Program-made: the position numbers and the translations under genes | Shown: piece by piece, positions 62,112-64,000 of the stretch | How the letters are laid out: every line of letters starts with the position of its first letter | How positions within the stretch are numbered: the stretch's first letter is position 1 | The notes under the pieces: model-generated | What the model saw: the letters and a program-made list of their open reading frames with translations, nothing else | Databases searched by the model: none | What the model was told of the DNA's origin: nothing | Source: Eledone cirrhosa | Taxonomy: Eukaryota | NCBI GenBank assembly: GCA_964016885.1 | Contig: OZ024742.1 | Span: 34,720,001 to 34,784,000 of the forward strand | DNA: 64,000 nt | Direction: 5' to 3'

Positions 62112-64000
62112 TCAAGGCGGTTGATTTATCATAGGAGTATCAATCCAGTTACAGATCAGATGTGATTTCAGATGAGGACAGCATCTGAAGATCTCAGTCT
62201 TTGAGTTAAGGCAAGCGGAAGTGGCTCTCAAGTTTAGCAAAATCCTATATTTTTCTGTGGTACACAAAGAACAATTCTTTGTGCCCCTTTGGTACTCCCT
62301 CGAATGGTCTAAGATAAACCAATCGATAGAGTACGGGATGTTACTATCCTTGTATTCCCACACCTTACTTGCGAGGGCCGTTGATGTTCGTTTATCGGAG
62401 TGCTTAAAAGAAGCGACATGTGAGTAAAATCTGGTTTTAAACCTGTCCTGGGTCATACCAACATATCGCTCACTCCTGGCTGGCTGGTTGTTGATTACCG
62501 GTGTTATTTTAGCCTCATAAACAACAGATTTGGTGCTACATTTACCCTGCAATGGGCATTCATCCGGCTTCCTGCAACTGCATCCTGGATTTGTTCTCGT
62601 ATGATTTGAACTGGTGATCTTGGACTTCATAGATGGGCAACAAGAGTAACTGATCTTAACTACGTTCCTATTAAATATCTTATAATATCTATGATTAGGA
62701 GGAAAATGTTTGTCTAAGAGTTCAATGAATTTCCTTCCTACATTAGTTTTGACAGTTAGAGAGAAGGGGTGTGAACCAAATAATTTTCCTTTTCCTGTTA
62801 ATGTGGTTAGTTTTAGGGGGGGGGGGGAGTAGGTAAATAAGAAATTTTTTCTGTAAAACCGCTGTTCTTAAGGGCTTTATTATAATAAGGGGCGGCTTTA
62901 TTAAAAATGTCTATAGACGAAGATAAGGTAGAAATCCTACGGCTAATGTTAGGAATAAGATTATTAAAAACTATAGGGGGATGGCAAGACTCTTTGTGTA
63001 TATACCTAAGATTTTCATTAGGTTTATGATAGGGTTTAAAAGAGGCGGTAAGTAGATCAAGATTAATATCAAGAAAGTTAGCATTAGTAAGGTTCGTATC
63101 TATAGTGATTTTAAGGTTAAGATTAGCAAAAGTATTGATTAAATCTTTACGGAATTTATCAAGGTTATGGCCGTTGGTGGTATGAGAAACTGCTAATCCG
63201 TCATCACGGTATAAACCGATATTATGGGAAGGAAATTTCTCTTTGAGGGTGTGGAGAAGGAATAATCCTACTAAGTCACACACATCCGCACTGTCATATG
63301 AACCCATTGCAACATCAAAAGAGTTTTCAGGGTTTGACTTTTTAACCCAAATATTTTCATTAGTAAAGAGTAAAGTTTTTCTAGCATGAAAGATAATGTC
63401 TTCTTCTAATTTATAAATATTAATGAAGGGTCTTGCAAAATCTAAGGCATTAGTTAATAAGGAAACAGTAATAGAGGGTTAAAAATCGACAATATCAAAT
63501 TGGGTAAATCTACACTTATTTTTACCTTGTATATTATTAAACCAAGAAAGTGATAGGTCAGTATTAGTTCTAATTTGGAGAATTATTTTTCTTAAGATTT
63601 TTTTACTTGCAAGGCCAACTTCGGATTTAGCCGGGTTAATCAGTCTACAACTAGGTCGATTAGTAAAGTCCAATTTATGGTCTTTAAGGGTAATATATTC
63701 TTTACTCTTAGCTAGGCTTTCAATACGGTTGTCTATTTTTAAAGAACTATCTAGTTCTTTAGCTTCTTTATTGATAGTATTGTAGGTATTATTATTAGTT
63801 AATTGATATTTGTTGGTAATACTATTAGTTAAAAGTTGGTTATACAAAGTACTATTAACTTCAAAGAGATTTTTAATTTTATCAGAAAGAACAAAAGTGT
63901 TTGTAGAATTTCTAAAATTAGAAATATCGTTAGATAGTTTAGTTTGAAAGTTATTATTGTACTTACGAAATTTGATATCACTAATTAGATTAACAAGGTC
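62112..64000 (-). pseudogene. PLE RT + GIY-YIG, disrupted, continues past the window
   Basis: YITLKDHK, FTQFDIVDF*, MGSYDSA, LYRDDGL, NFLDINLDL, CSC..CPLQGKC, VVY..YVGMT..FKTRFYSH, CSLCTTE, CCPH. Confidence 0.92.

Overview
AT-rich eukaryotic repeat DNA with no supportable host exon; the mix of microsatellites, SINEs and retroelements suggests an invertebrate, probably cephalopod (octopus-like), genome (inference). Two retroelement groups occupy different microsatellites. (1) (TA)n tracts hold Penelope-like elements (PLEs; RT + C-terminal GIY-YIG): one apparently intact copy (1771-6979, 896-aa ORF, direct pLTRs), three decayed copies, and many short non-coding relatives. Together they carry over a dozen recognisable type I hammerhead ribozyme (HHR) motifs. 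These include a 316-bp tandem array with a U3-A8 variant core (37.8-39.5 kb), a 484-bp HHR dimer, and several fold-back HHR inserts sharing a TATTGAGTAC motif. (2) (TAA)n tracts at 41.4-59.8 kb hold an L1/Tx1-type LINE (near-complete, truncated and relic copies) and R4/Dong-type RLE retrotransposons. The rest is tRNA-derived SINEs, two non-autonomous Helitrons, a hAT-like TIR element and simple repeats. Most short ORFs in the track are microsatellite or antisense artefacts. Ribozyme calls come from reading motifs and helices by eye, with no folding or database search.
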